From Neophaeotheca triangularis (taxonomy: Eukaryota), in assembly GCA_054600435.1 (NCBI GenBank), contig BAAIJX010000067.1, positions 1 to 64,000 on the forward strand: a stretch of DNA of 64,000 nt. Direction: 5' to 3'. Position numbers and translations under genes: made by a program. Under the pieces are notes generated by a model. The model did not search any database, was not told the DNA's origin, and worked only from the letters and a program-made list of their open reading frames with translations. Below, one piece after another: positions 37,359 to 48,500 of this stretch. Positions within the stretch are counted from its first letter, which is position 1. Each line of letters starts with the position of its first letter.

Positions 37359-40300
37359 ATGGGAGACATCACCAGCTCTTCGCTTGAACGTCTCAAGAAG
37401 CTCGACGACAACCCAAATCTTGAAGCGGCCCTGAAGGATGCGTGGGAGCTATGCACCCACAGTACCCGAGCCGAGTGGCTACTGAGATGGCTCCAGGGAA
37501 AGATACAAAGCAGCCACACTGTCAGAGACAAATCAATTCAGACTTGGCTCAACTACGAGAAGGCCCTCAAGCACCTCAGCAATAGCAAAATTGCCAACAT
37601 TCTGGACCCGGAGGGCTTGAGGAAGATCTGGAGGGTTCCCGACATCTACGAGCTCCCTGCGATGGGTTGCTACTTGCAAAGGGCTTCAGTTTTGGCGATC
37701 CTGCTGAAACGAGCTGCAGAGCCAAATGGGGCTCCGATCAAGGCTTTGCTTCGGTGGGACAGCAGCAAGGCGAGCGCTTTGGTTGGGTCCTGGTTGTCTG
37801 CCCTCATGTACGAAACGAGCTTGGTAGATTTTGCCAAAGTCGAAGGATCACGCCTGGTCCAGTCTTGCCTAAAGCTGTGGGCATTGCGAAAGCCCAGTGT
37901 CGATGAGGACGAGGATTTTGCTAACCGGATGCTGGGACCACTATGCTCGGCACTGGCTGGCTTGATTCATGCTGCGGACGTACGAAAGACCGACAGAAAA
38001 CGCAAAAGGGATCAAGACCCTGAGAGTGATGAGTTTCAAGCTTGCATCAAGGGTATAGAAGCACTCATCGCTCGTCACGTCTTCATGCCCGCAAGAGCGG
38101 CTTTCTTTGCTTCGAAAATTCCTCCTCCTACCGAAGGAGAAGGCAGACAACCGCCAAATACCAGTCTGTACTCCAAATTGTCGCACTTGCGGGAAGGGTA
38201 CATACGCCGTGGCGTTGTAGTGTTCTCGTGGATGGAAGTGCTCCCGATTCTCACAAACGTTGCGCTGCGATGTGTGAGCTTGCCAACACCAAGACAAAAG
38301 CTCAAGGAACAGCCATGGGTCGAGACTCTGTACACTGCTTTCTTGAACTGCCTTGTACACCCTGACATGATCGAGAGTAACAATATCGAAGTACAGACAG
38401 CAATACTCAAAGAAATAAGACAACACGCAACGCTATCTACCGATTTCCTCCGCGAGGTCGTCAAAAGTAATGTCACATTCGCCGATGAAGAGTGGGAAAG
38501 GCACATGGAGCTTTGCGCCGAAGTCATTGAGCTCGATCCGGAAGTTTTCGCTCTCGACGAAACGACGAATCTTAGCGACAAGCTCTTCAAGGCTCTGACC
38601 AAATACGGCAAGCAAATCATTCCTTTGAACGAGACATCTGCTTTCGTTTCGGAGAAACAAAAGCTCTGCAAAGACGGGGTAGCAGCTCCTCTCTTGCAAG
38701 CTGCTGCCAAGACACGGAAGCTCCCCCAATTCATTGCGCGATGGCACGCCGAGCTCGCGGCCATGGATGACATCCGAGTTATCGACTGGTGTGTCTGGAC
38801 AGATCTGCACGATGCACTGGCGGACGTGCTTGAAGTGAGCTTGACCCAAACACAAATTACCGAGTCGATTGAACTCTGCTACGAAGATATAAAACCCCTT
38901 TCCGCTGCGATCAGCCGTGATTTGACCAGCATACCTTCCGGAGAATACGAGGAGAAGCTGCGCCGGTTCAATGCCAGCGTCATCGTGCTCAAGGCAGTGG
39001 TTGCAGGAATCGAAAAGGACAAGCTTGAAGATGCTGCATTCGAAAGGATTGAGGAGGTATATGACGAGCTGGTGCGCAATGCCGACATTCTTACGGCCGA
39101 CCCGGCTAGAGCATACTGGCTACTCGATTTTGACAGGAGATTCTGGCCTTTGGCAAGTAGACTCTTCGAGATCTGGTTCCCGGCGTGGTTATCTAAGCAA
39201 CCAAGTTCATCAAGGGCCGAGAAGGGCGCTGTTGCGCTCATCAAAGGAGGTATTTGTCCTGCAGCCGTGATTAATGTCAGCCTAAATGCCGACCAAGTTA
39301 CGATGCAGAAGCGCCGACACAAGATGGCCCTGAGCAAATTTGGCAGACACGAGACACAAAAACTTGCTGCCGACTTTATTGCTTGCCTGTGCGGACGCCT
39401 TGTTCATTACGAGGGCTGCCAGACCCAGGTGAGGGACTTTTGCTCTGCTGTCCAGCAGGCCAAGCCAGAGCTTGCTGAAAGGACCCTGATTGCCTACCCT
39501 CATCTCCTACAATGCTTCCCAGGAGGCATCGACGCAAAAGAGCATGGATCGCTTGATGCTCTCGAGAGGATGGCGATAGATGCGCCCCCGACACCTGCAG
39601 AACTCGATGCGATGTTTGTCGAGCCAGCCAAAGCACGAATGGCTGCTTTCGCCGGAGACGAGAGCTTCCAGACAATTATCAACTTCTACTCCGATTCTTT
39701 GCGCGAGGGCAGTACGGAAATCAAGGAGCACTTTGCGCTGAAGGCGCTCAGCTCAATTCCTACGAGTCGCTTCCCCCGGCAGCAACGGGAAAGCCTTTTG
39801 AACACATGCGCAACCAGGCTTGATCACCCGTCTCGTGGATTGCAGACCGCGGATCGACTCTGTCTACGCTTCGCCTTTATGGTCAAACTGTTACAAGCAC
39901 CCCACGGTACAGCGGAGATAACCACCAATGCTTCCGTCCTCTGGAAGCTCGCACGCTTTGAAGTGGTAATATCTTCATGGGCCGAAGGCTTTGCGGGGAG
40001 AGCGAAGACCGTGTGGAAACTCTTCAATGAGGTTGTGAATCTTGTTCTTCAGCCTCTGACCGCAAATTGGAAGCAGGAGCGGAACGAGAAAGTCCTAGAG
40101 AGCCACCTTCGAAAACTACAACGGATGGCAGAAGCTACTTGCAGACCCGAGACTTCGACCATAACCACTGGCGAGCTCATATGTGCAGCTGCTTTGCTCG
40201 AAGAATGTTCTTCAAAGGGAGTGAAACGAGAAGGGCTGCAGTCCGCGCTTGAAAGCCGTGTGCTGCCGGTGTTAAGGTTGAGGATTGCTCCCGTCCCTGA

Positions 40301-41543
40301 CTCTTTGCAAGCCGGACAGGGGCACCCACCTGGTTATACCGTGGATCTTGATTTTGTCTTACGAACATGGATGTACATTGTTCGGGGAAGCACCAACAAC
40401 ACTCCTGGCGTCCAAAACAAGTTGCACACCGAGTTGTCAGGCTTGATCGCTTCTATGCTGAGTCTCTGGGATTCTAAATACAGGCATGCAGACGAGACTG
40501 AGTTTCCCAACTCCTGCTTGCCTTGTTTGTTCGAGCAAGCTACTCAATATGCCGGTTTCAGTCAAAGCAAATTGGAGGAGACGATGACTCCGGCGCTTTT
40601 CCATCACGCGCTGGAGGCCCGTGTGAGCAATAGTGACCGGCAACGTATTTCCCATTCCATTGCGAAGTGGATGGACAACTGCATACACATCACGGATGAT
40701 GTCCTCGCGGGATCTGTAGCTGACCTTGATCAAAGCACCATCACCACTGGAGGACTGAGATTTCTCCAATGCTGCATACGCCGCCTGACCTACGGTGAAG
40801 ACAAAAAAGTGGCGGCTGTTCCCAGCATTCTGCCGGCTTTGCTCAAATTCCTCAAAACTTGCAAAGACTTCGGCCAATATCGCGCAGCCTTTGCCTGCGT
40901 TTCCGAGATGCTTCGCAAGCACAACAACCGCACGAACCAATTCACAATCGAGCAAACCATCACTGTCCTCCACTCCTTCGTCACCACAAGCCCGGCTGCT
41001 GAAGCGGACAGCCTCATCTACCTCGACGTCTGCCATCTCGCCTCAACGCTTCTCCTTCAGTACCGCCCGCGCCTCAAAGGCCGCTATCACCTCCTGCTCG
41101 CCTTCTTCCAGGCGCTCCTCACCCGCCTCTTCAATCCCAACAAGCCGCCACAAAATCGGTCCCATAGGCCCCTCGGTCCCAAACACGCGCATGCCTTCAC
41201 ACGCCTCCTGACTCTCTTCACGAACCCTCCTGCTTCTCGCAAGACCAAATCCCGCGATTCCTCCAACAACCTCATCGATGAATCCCGCCTCGCGCGCGCC
41301 CGCGTTGGAGAGTTTCTCCCAGCGCTGCTGCACCACTACTGCGCTCTCGTATTGCAAAGGACCATGTCCGAAGGCGTTCGGGAGGAGCTTATGCCGGGGC
41401 TGTGGACGGTGCTGGAGTGTATGGAGCTTTTCGACCAGGAAGCTGTCAAGGTCTTGAGTTCGGCTGTCAATGCTAGTGAGAGGGCTGTGCTCAGGGGTGT
41501 GGTGGAGGAGTGGAGGGTTCTCGGGAAGTGGAAAGGGGCGTAG
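37359..41543 (+). CDS. URB2: Nucleolar pre-ribosome assembly factor Urb2/Npa2-like, single exon
   Basis: ~1390-aa helical ORF with N-terminal AEWLLRWL and a C-terminal Urb2-type block (RYHLL...FTRLLT...LMPGLWTVLE...RAVLRGVVEEWRVLGKWKG). Confidence 0.8.
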   Translation: MGDITSSSLERLKKLDDNPNLEAALKDAWELCTHSTRAEWLLRWLQGKIQSSHTVRDKSIQTWLNYEKALKHLSNSKIANILDPEGLRKIWRVPDIYELPAMGCYLQRASVLAILLKRAAEPNGAPIKALLRWDSSKASALVGSWLSALMYETSLVDFAKVEGSRLVQSCLKLWALRKPSVDEDEDFANRMLGPLCSALAGLIHAADVRKTDRKRKRDQDPESDEFQACIKGIEALIARHVFMPARAAFFASKIPPPTEGEGRQPPNTSLYSKLSHLREGYIRRGVVVFSWMEVLPILTNVALRCVSLPTPRQKLKEQPWVETLYTAFLNCLVHPDMIESNNIEVQTAILKEIRQHATLSTDFLREVVKSNVTFADEEWERHMELCAEVIELDPEVFALDETTNLSDKLFKALTKYGKQIIPLNETSAFVSEKQKLCKDGVAAPLLQAAAKTRKLPQFIARWHAELAAMDDIRVIDWCVWTDLHDALADVLEVSLTQTQITESIELCYEDIKPLSAAISRDLTSIPSGEYEEKLRRFNASVIVLKAVVAGIEKDKLEDAAFERIEEVYDELVRNADILTADPARAYWLLDFDRRFWPLASRLFEIWFPAWLSKQPSSSRAEKGAVALIKGGICPAAVINVSLNADQVTMQKRRHKMALSKFGRHETQKLAADFIACLCGRLVHYEGCQTQVRDFCSAVQQAKPELAERTLIAYPHLLQCFPGGIDAKEHGSLDALERMAIDAPPTPAELDAMFVEPAKARMAAFAGDESFQTIINFYSDSLREGSTEIKEHFALKALSSIPTSRFPRQQRESLLNTCATRLDHPSRGLQTADRLCLRFAFMVKLLQAPHGTAEITTNASVLWKLARFEVVISSWAEGFAGRAKTVWKLFNEVVNLVLQPLTANWKQERNEKVLESHLRKLQRMAEATCRPETSTITTGELICAAALLEECSSKGVKREGLQSALESRVLPVLRLRIAPVPDSLQAGQGHPPGYTVDLDFVLRTWMYIVRGSTNNTPGVQNKLHTELSGLIASMLSLWDSKYRHADETEFPNSCLPCLFEQATQYAGFSQSKLEETMTPALFHHALEARVSNSDRQRISHSIAKWMDNCIHITDDVLAGSVADLDQSTITTGGLRFLQCCIRRLTYGEDKKVAAVPSILPALLKFLKTCKDFGQYRAAFACVSEMLRKHNNRTNQFTIEQTITVLHSFVTTSPAAEADSLIYLDVCHLASTLLLQYRPRLKGRYHLLLAFFQALLTRLFNPNKPPQNRSHRPLGPKHAHAFTRLLTLFTNPPASRKTKSRDSSNNLIDESRLARARVGEFLPALLHHYCALVLQRTMSEGVREELMPGLWTVLECMELFDQEAVKVLSSAVNASERAVLRGVVEEWRVLGKWKGA

Positions 41544-41983
41544 AATATCATGGAGTGTGAAGGGTGGAGTCGGGAGAGGTACGTGTGTACAGCTTCCGTG
41601 CGAAGTTTGGGTGACTACCTAGTGCTTTGTCGTTTGCCGGACGCTTTGAAGCGGCAATTGCTGTGCGCGTTCGACGCCTGTATAATTACTAGGAGCGGCG
41701 CAAACTGTCACTGGAATGGGACTCCTATGTGTATATCTTCAGACTTTTCTCTCTCTCGACCTACTCCCTTCTTCCCTCCTCACCAATCTGTTTACTTTCG
41801 AATTAATCTATACCCTGGCTTTACTTCTTGTGCTACTTGGACAACTTAGGACTAATTCTGAGCGAAGGACGACATTCCATCCAACCACCCATCTACAATC
41901 ACAGTCAACCATCGATCCATCGATACCCAGCAAGCCTACCGCTGCCTTATCCATTACCACCACACTAACAGTGTACTACAAAA

Positions 41984-43303
41984 ATGTGCGAACACACCCT
42001 AACCGTCTACCACGCCTGCACGCACCCGGCGACCCGCCACCACATCCACCGCTGCCCCCTTGCCCCTCTACCATCAAACACCCCTTGTCCACCTCCCGCC
42101 CCTCCGTCCCCTGAGCCCGAGCCCGAGCGGATCCCACCCGCCAGTTCCGATGACTCCATCGTAGGCTTCCCCGCGCTGTCGCAGGTCGCGATCGAGGAAA
42201 CTTTTGAGCAGATTATCGAGAAGCCGGCGAAGAAGGTTTTGGAGCCAGAGGTTTTGGAGTCGGTTTGTTGGCAGTGCTATGAAGAGGGAGGTTGGGGGTT
42301 GTATGTCAGGGGGAGGGAGGAGAAGAAGCTGGACTGGAGGGGGTGGGTGGAGGTTAGTGTTGCGCTTGGAAAGAGGGTCAGGAGAAGGGGGTTGGAGTGG
42401 GTTGGGTCGAAAGATGAGAGGTTTGGGGAGGGGTGGGAGGGGAAGCGGTTGGATTCGGTTGAGCTGGAAGATGAGGGATCTGAGGTCTATGTGATGGCTG
42501 AGGGGCACGCTAATGTCCAGGAGACGGAGACCGTCCAGGAGCCTCGAGAAGGGAGTGATTGCCGTAATCTGGGATCAAAGGGATTGACACAATGCCTCGA
42601 AGACGCCAACAGCGGAGACGCTCAGCGCGCTCGCGCAGACAGCGGAGAGTCGCACTACTATAGTTTGGGGGAAACCGAAACATCAGCAGTCAGCGTGGCA
42701 GGCGATGGAAGCCCAGTATCTCTCGACAGTGGATGGAATTCCTCGGTGTACCGCGAACGACGAGCCGAAAGGACATGGCCTCAAGAACAACACAACTCAG
42801 CTACTATAACTCGCTTGCTGCACCAAGCAGAGGCCAAAGAGCTCGAGCGCTGGCAAGCTCATTATATCCCAGGCTGGATGCTGGACCACGATCTCGACTA
42901 CGAGAATCCAATATTCGCCTGGTCTTCGCCGCCGCTTTTCCCAGAACTCGAAGGGACATTGGCTTCTACGCCGTCGTCGCTCTTGTTGAGATCCCGCCGA
43001 CACCCTGCCGAGATTCCATCTCCGGAAGCATGGCTCTCCATCTCGCAACGCACTTCTCCCCTCGCCGTCCCAGCTCGCGTCGTTCCCGAGCTTATGTCCG
43101 AGCTCAGTCTCGGACCCCCGGCCTCCCCGGCCTCGATGTTCACGCCTGGCTCCAGAATATCCACCGAGAACGTGCTCGCCAACGAAGAAATCGAGGATGT
43201 GCGACAGCGGGAGCTGACTGGATGGTCTGTAAGTCCGGGAACACCTCGTTCGGGCAACCTGAGCGATGTTAGCGTGGCTAGGGAACCGTTTCCAGATTTC
43301 TAA
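41984..43303 (+). CDS. Hypothetical 439-aa protein with N-terminal Cys/His cluster
   Basis: Uninterrupted ORF, strong start context (CAAAAATG), MCEHTLTVYHACTH...HRC...CWQC. Confidence 0.6.
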   Translation: MCEHTLTVYHACTHPATRHHIHRCPLAPLPSNTPCPPPAPPSPEPEPERIPPASSDDSIVGFPALSQVAIEETFEQIIEKPAKKVLEPEVLESVCWQCYEEGGWGLYVRGREEKKLDWRGWVEVSVALGKRVRRRGLEWVGSKDERFGEGWEGKRLDSVELEDEGSEVYVMAEGHANVQETETVQEPREGSDCRNLGSKGLTQCLEDANSGDAQRARADSGESHYYSLGETETSAVSVAGDGSPVSLDSGWNSSVYRERRAERTWPQEQHNSATITRLLHQAEAKELERWQAHYIPGWMLDHDLDYENPIFAWSSPPLFPELEGTLASTPSSLLLRSRRHPAEIPSPEAWLSISQRTSPLAVPARVVPELMSELSLGPPASPASMFTPGSRISTENVLANEEIEDVRQRELTGWSVSPGTPRSGNLSDVSVAREPFPDF

Positions 43304-45549
43304 TCCCGTCTGACCTCTGTCTGAGTCGAGGGAGTAGCCAGGTTAAGAGCGTACTACGGCCGATTGAAGTATTAGATTTTGTGAAAGATAGTTTTCCTCA
43401 GGACATTCCCATGTTAACACTTTATTAATGCGACTAGTAGGTTTATGGGCGACTAGGTCACTCCAGGATTGTTAATAAGGTAGCGAAGTAGCAAAATTTT
43501 CATGAGCTCCCTCATGCATCCTAAGACACACCTCCTCTTACTATGGTACGACTCAAGTATCAAAGTCGAATGGCCTGTTACTCGAATGCACATCGGTGGT
43601 CTCAACAACCTTCCTACTGATACATGCTCTAAATGAATGCCCCAAGATCGACAACGCTCGACTCAGACTCCTCGAAAACATCAAAACACTTCCACCCGCC
43701 TCCGTGAGGTGCCAGAACGCTCACGACCAGCCTTGAACTACCAGATGTCTGGACAGGCGAGAGGAAGAAAAAGACGACGCTCGGGACGATGCTTTTGTCC
43801 CAGGCAAGGGTTGATGCAGATATCCGTCCGTACGTCGTAGATGCGCTCGAGCTCGAAAGATCCGCGGGGTTCATCCTCGCCACGCGACAGCTCCATTTCA
43901 TAGAAGGCAGATGGCATGTAATAAGTCACTACCCTGTATCGGGTTCTGTTCATAGGGCGCAAAGTAAGTCGGCGCGATGACCTTGAGACGCGGATGCCTT
44001 AGGTTCACTGAGCTGTGGTCGTATGTATCAGCTCTCTTGCAATAGCGTATATAATGTGTCAATCATCCTCCCATATCGATTTTTTTGAGTATTGGGGAAA
44101 CGTGCTGAGTTCGCCTGCGATGGTAGGAGGTAGCACTGTTCGTGAGCTCACGCGGCTAGCGGGTAACAGCAATGGCTTCGTAGGCTTCCACAACTAACAT
44201 TCAAGAGGTGCGGAGAACTGCTAGCACTTGATATTCCCGCGCGCTGAAATGGCCTTACTGCTCGACAAGATTGGCAAAAGAGACTGATCGAAGAGAGACG
44301 ATGATGGTAATACAGTTTTTCGTTGCTATGATAGGGCTATTGCCCGGCTCCTTCCCTTGAAGAGCTCTTGCAGCCGAGTAGTAATCGCATCATCATAGTT
44401 TTTCTTCGCCTGCACCGTCATCTGAGATTCCTACGCGGAATACACAGAGAGGAGCCAAGCGATGGCTCTACACGAATGTATCACGCACTGCAGTAAAGCA
44501 GCTCGTCGAGGTGTCCACAACCAACCTGACAGGGCAAAACCCAAGTCGACCGTTACCGAACAAAGTCCAGGATTCTGTTGGACATCCCTGGTCCTTTGAC
44601 AGCCCTACCCCCTCCCGTTTTCCAAACCTTCACGTGTTCGCGAAAGGGGAATCGCACGAAACCCGTCGTACAGTACCTGAAACATAGTGCAAAGGAAAAA
44701 ACCGCCGCGTCCGCCTCGCCCACCTTCTTCCTCCGTCCACGAGTCTTCGTTCCCAGAGTCCAGCCGGGAATATATCTCGAGAGTCTTGACATCTGGCTGG
44801 ACCCGACATCGCGGGATAAGGTCCTTCGCGCTGCGCTCACGGTCTGATGAGTTCCGCCAGAAATCTCCAGCAATGCCTAGCTAGTCTAGGTAGAGAGGGC
44901 AGCCGCGGCGCTTAGATATTGATGAGACGAGACTGGCGCGGACGTCGTAAACGCGAGACTTTTTTGGCTGCATAACTACCTACCTGCTCTGCTTTGTTTG
45001 GCTGGTTCGGGTATGTACACACAACCCCTGGGTCCGGGGGGGCTGCAGGGTATAGGACCAGTTTGAACGGCAAGGGGAAGGAGGGATGGCTGAAATTGCT
45101 CTTTTCGGGAAAGGCTGCGGATTGTGGGAAGGAAGCGTTGCGACCACTTGTAGACGAACAGATTTTTAGAAGAGGCGAAAGTCAATAGAGACGAAAGCAA
45201 AGCAAAGCAAAGCGAGAAATCAAGAATAATAAACAAAACCTTCTCAATCGTTCAATTCATTCTCATATACTACAGACCCCCCCAAAGAAGTATCAAGGAA
45301 CCCAAAACGCCTCATCCATCTAGCCAACCCTAAACCATCAACCCCAAGGGGCCGCGTCGCCAGCCCTAAATTCTCGTACAAACAACCGCACCCCGCGGCG
45401 TCCGCTTCGCTATGTAAACGCGGGCAAAAAGAGAGGAGACAAAGAAAGAAGAAAACGGGCCCAAAAAAAATATATCCCTTCACACCCATAAGAAAACCAG
45501 CATCGCCCTCCGGCCGCATCCCATCCAAAACCGACTCTACTCTCTCTCT

Positions 45550-48500
45550 CTAAGCAGGCACGAGCGTCCTCTTCTCCCTAAGCGTGGGCAAGCGTCCCAG
45601 CTCGCCCGGCCTCTCCGACTCAAACTCCTCGGCTGGCCAACCCTGACAAACCACGCCCTCCTCGACAGTCTCGCCCGCCATGACAAGCGTGTGCTCCAAC
45701 AGCACGCTCTCGGCTTCCATCCTCGCGCCGGGTAACAGCCGACTCCCGCTGCGCATGGCCGCGCCGTCGCCGACGTAGAGCTCGTTGAGTTCGAAATGGC
45801 CGCGCGTGTTGATGTGGCCGACCAAGCTCGCGTCGTCGATGGAGACGTTGTTGCCGAGGGTGAGGAGGTCGGGTTCGGTGAAGGTCAGGGACGGACGGCC
45901 GGAGGAGAAGAGGGAGCAGTTGCGGCCGATTTTGGCGCCGAGGGCGCGGTAGTAGAGGATCAGGTAGTGGGTTGAGGTTAGGAGGTCGAGGATGCCGTTG
46001 CCGCCGTAGCAGGACCGGCGGAGCGTTTCGAGTTTGAGGTAGAGTTGCCAACGTTGGCAGTAGGAGGAGCGGTCCCAGCTGTAGTTGCCCGGGCGGCGGC
46101 GGCCGATGAGGATTCTTTTGGCGCCGAGGAGGAAGAGCAGGGCGAGCAGAGCTTGGGTGGTCATGAGGACTGTTATTAGGGCTGTGAAGAGGGCGTAGAC
46201 GAGGAGGGGGCGGTGGGGCGCCGAAGGGGAGAGGAGGATGGGTTTTTCGTGCCGGAAGATACCTTGGGATTGGAAGTCGAGGGAGAAGAGTTGGAGCGCG
46301 AGGAGGGAGCCGAGATTCCAGTAGAGGGCGGTCAGGGTGATGATGGTGGTCGAGTAAAAGGCAATGGTCCATTGGCCCCAGACGCGGTAGGGGGCTCGGT
46401 TGAGGTAGAAGGCGCGGCCGAACGGGGAGGAGGATTCGAGGCTCGAGGCGGGTTTGGTGACGAGGGATTCAGTTGCCGAGGCGTCCTCGGAGCCATTGGC
46501 AACGGAGTAGCTGTCGCTGCTGTCGCTGCCGGATGCTCGGACGTAGTTGGTCGATTGCTGCAGCATTTCTATGCCCGACGTCAAGTCTGTGAGGGTATCG
46601 GCTGATGAGTTCATGCTGAGCAGCTGGTGTTTCTCCGACGCACGCGTGCCGTATGGGTGGGGGTGTTGCTGAATTAGCGCGTCCGATTTGTGATGCTGGC
46701 CAGCAGCCACGGACTTGCCGCCTTCGGTCAAGCAGATGGCATCGTTATTCTTGCTGCCGACCCACGTGGTGAAATCCTCGTAAAAGGCATCACGTCGAGT
46801 CAAAGCTCCACTGCCCATAACCACCCTTTCACCCAGCGTCACACCCGGCAACAACACAACCCGATCAGCAACCATAGTATTGGCTCCAATCTTGACGGCC
46901 CCGCTCCCAATGCCATCAGAAGTCACGATATGCGACCGGGAACCGAAAACAACATCATCTCCAACCTCCACAAGATCGAAATCCTGGATACTGGGTCCGG
47001 TCCCAGGCCAATACACCCGTTTCCCGACCTTGGCACCCATCATGCGAGCCAGAATCGACGTCATTTCGTAGTGCGCGCCGAATAGATCGGTAAGCTTGTG
47101 GAATTGCCGAGGAGGCATCAAGTCCCGCATGAGCTGCATCCGGAAAACCGTCATGTTGGATCTCTGCCGTGCTGACCCGGGCCGAATGGGCCCGTACCTT
47201 GCGTCGAAGACTCGTTTGACGAGCACGACTGCTGCAAAGTAAAACGCCGGGCCCAAGGCCGTGTGTGCCGCCAAAGCAAGCACATGCAACCCCACCCGCT
47301 CGGGGCTGGCGAACCAAATAATAGCGTCGCGGAGGCCATCGTAGCGCTCACCGTAGACTTCGGGTTCGTGGAGGACGAGCGGGACAAGGCAGGAAAGCCA
47401 GGGGACAGCGGAAACGAATTTGCAGAAGATCATGATCGGCCAACCGAGGAAAACGCGGAGCAGGAGATGGGATTGTGGGATTTGACTCGCCCCGAGGTCG
47501 CGCATTGAGCCGTCGTCGCTGGCGTCGTCGAGTTCCCAGCTGCTAGAATTAGGGCCAATGCTTGCGCCAGGGGGGACTGTAGTGCCGGGTGCGACTGTCG
47601 AGGCGAGCCCGACGCTGCTGTTGGCGTGGAGCGTGATGCGGCCGAGGTACATGCGGGTTTTCTTCTCGGCGGCGAACGCGCGGACGGTGCAGCGCTCAAG
47701 GACGGTATTGGGGCCGAGAGTGATGAGATCGTGCTCACCTAGTTCGGCGCCCTTGGCTATAGTAACGTTGCGGCCGATGCTGGCGCCGAGGAGGCGGTGG
47801 TAGAGGACACGGGAGAAGTTTGACCAGTTGAAGACGCCGAGGCCGCCGATTGCGAGGGCTTTTTGCACAAGCCACCAACGGGTGTGGTAGGTCGAATACA
47901 TCGGGAAAAGGCCTTCGCGGTAGCGGCCGATAATCAGCCATTTGAAGAGAATGGCGACAATGGGTGCGACTGTCTTAACAACGAGCTGACCAACGGCAAG
48001 GGCGTAGACGAGATCGATCAGTCTCCCGGCTATGTGTTCGTGCAATTTCCATCCCTGCGTTGATACAAGGACAAAGGCAAATGTTGTCCAGCCGAGAGCG
48101 CGTTTGAGAGGAAAGAAGACGGAGATTGGGAGGAGGTTGAGAAGGAGAAGGAGGATGTTGGTGGATTCATAAACGCGTTCGTCCTCAGTTCCAGGCGCGG
48201 GCTGAGGGCCAGAGGTGGGTTGAGTTGGCTGGTTGGCATTCGCAGCTTCACCATTGCCGACCATCTCTGAGATGAAGGCTGCAATGGTAGAGACCCGGCG
48301 CTGGGTGAAGAGAAGATCGACCGTCAGGCGGGTCTTAAACTCCTTCTTAAGAGCCGAAAGAACCCGTCCAGCGGTTAAGCTATCTCCTCCCAGCTCGAAG
48401 AAATCGCTATCGCCATCAATCTCTTCTTCGGGAACGGAAAGCACGTTTGCGAAAATGCCAGCGACTGTTTTCTCGGCGGCGGAATGATCCTTGTCCTCGC

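Noticed and set aside
43629..44884. Several 60-100 aa ORFs between ORF 41984 and the NRPS
   Set aside because: Some look protein-like, but there is no consistent strand, splice model or family.
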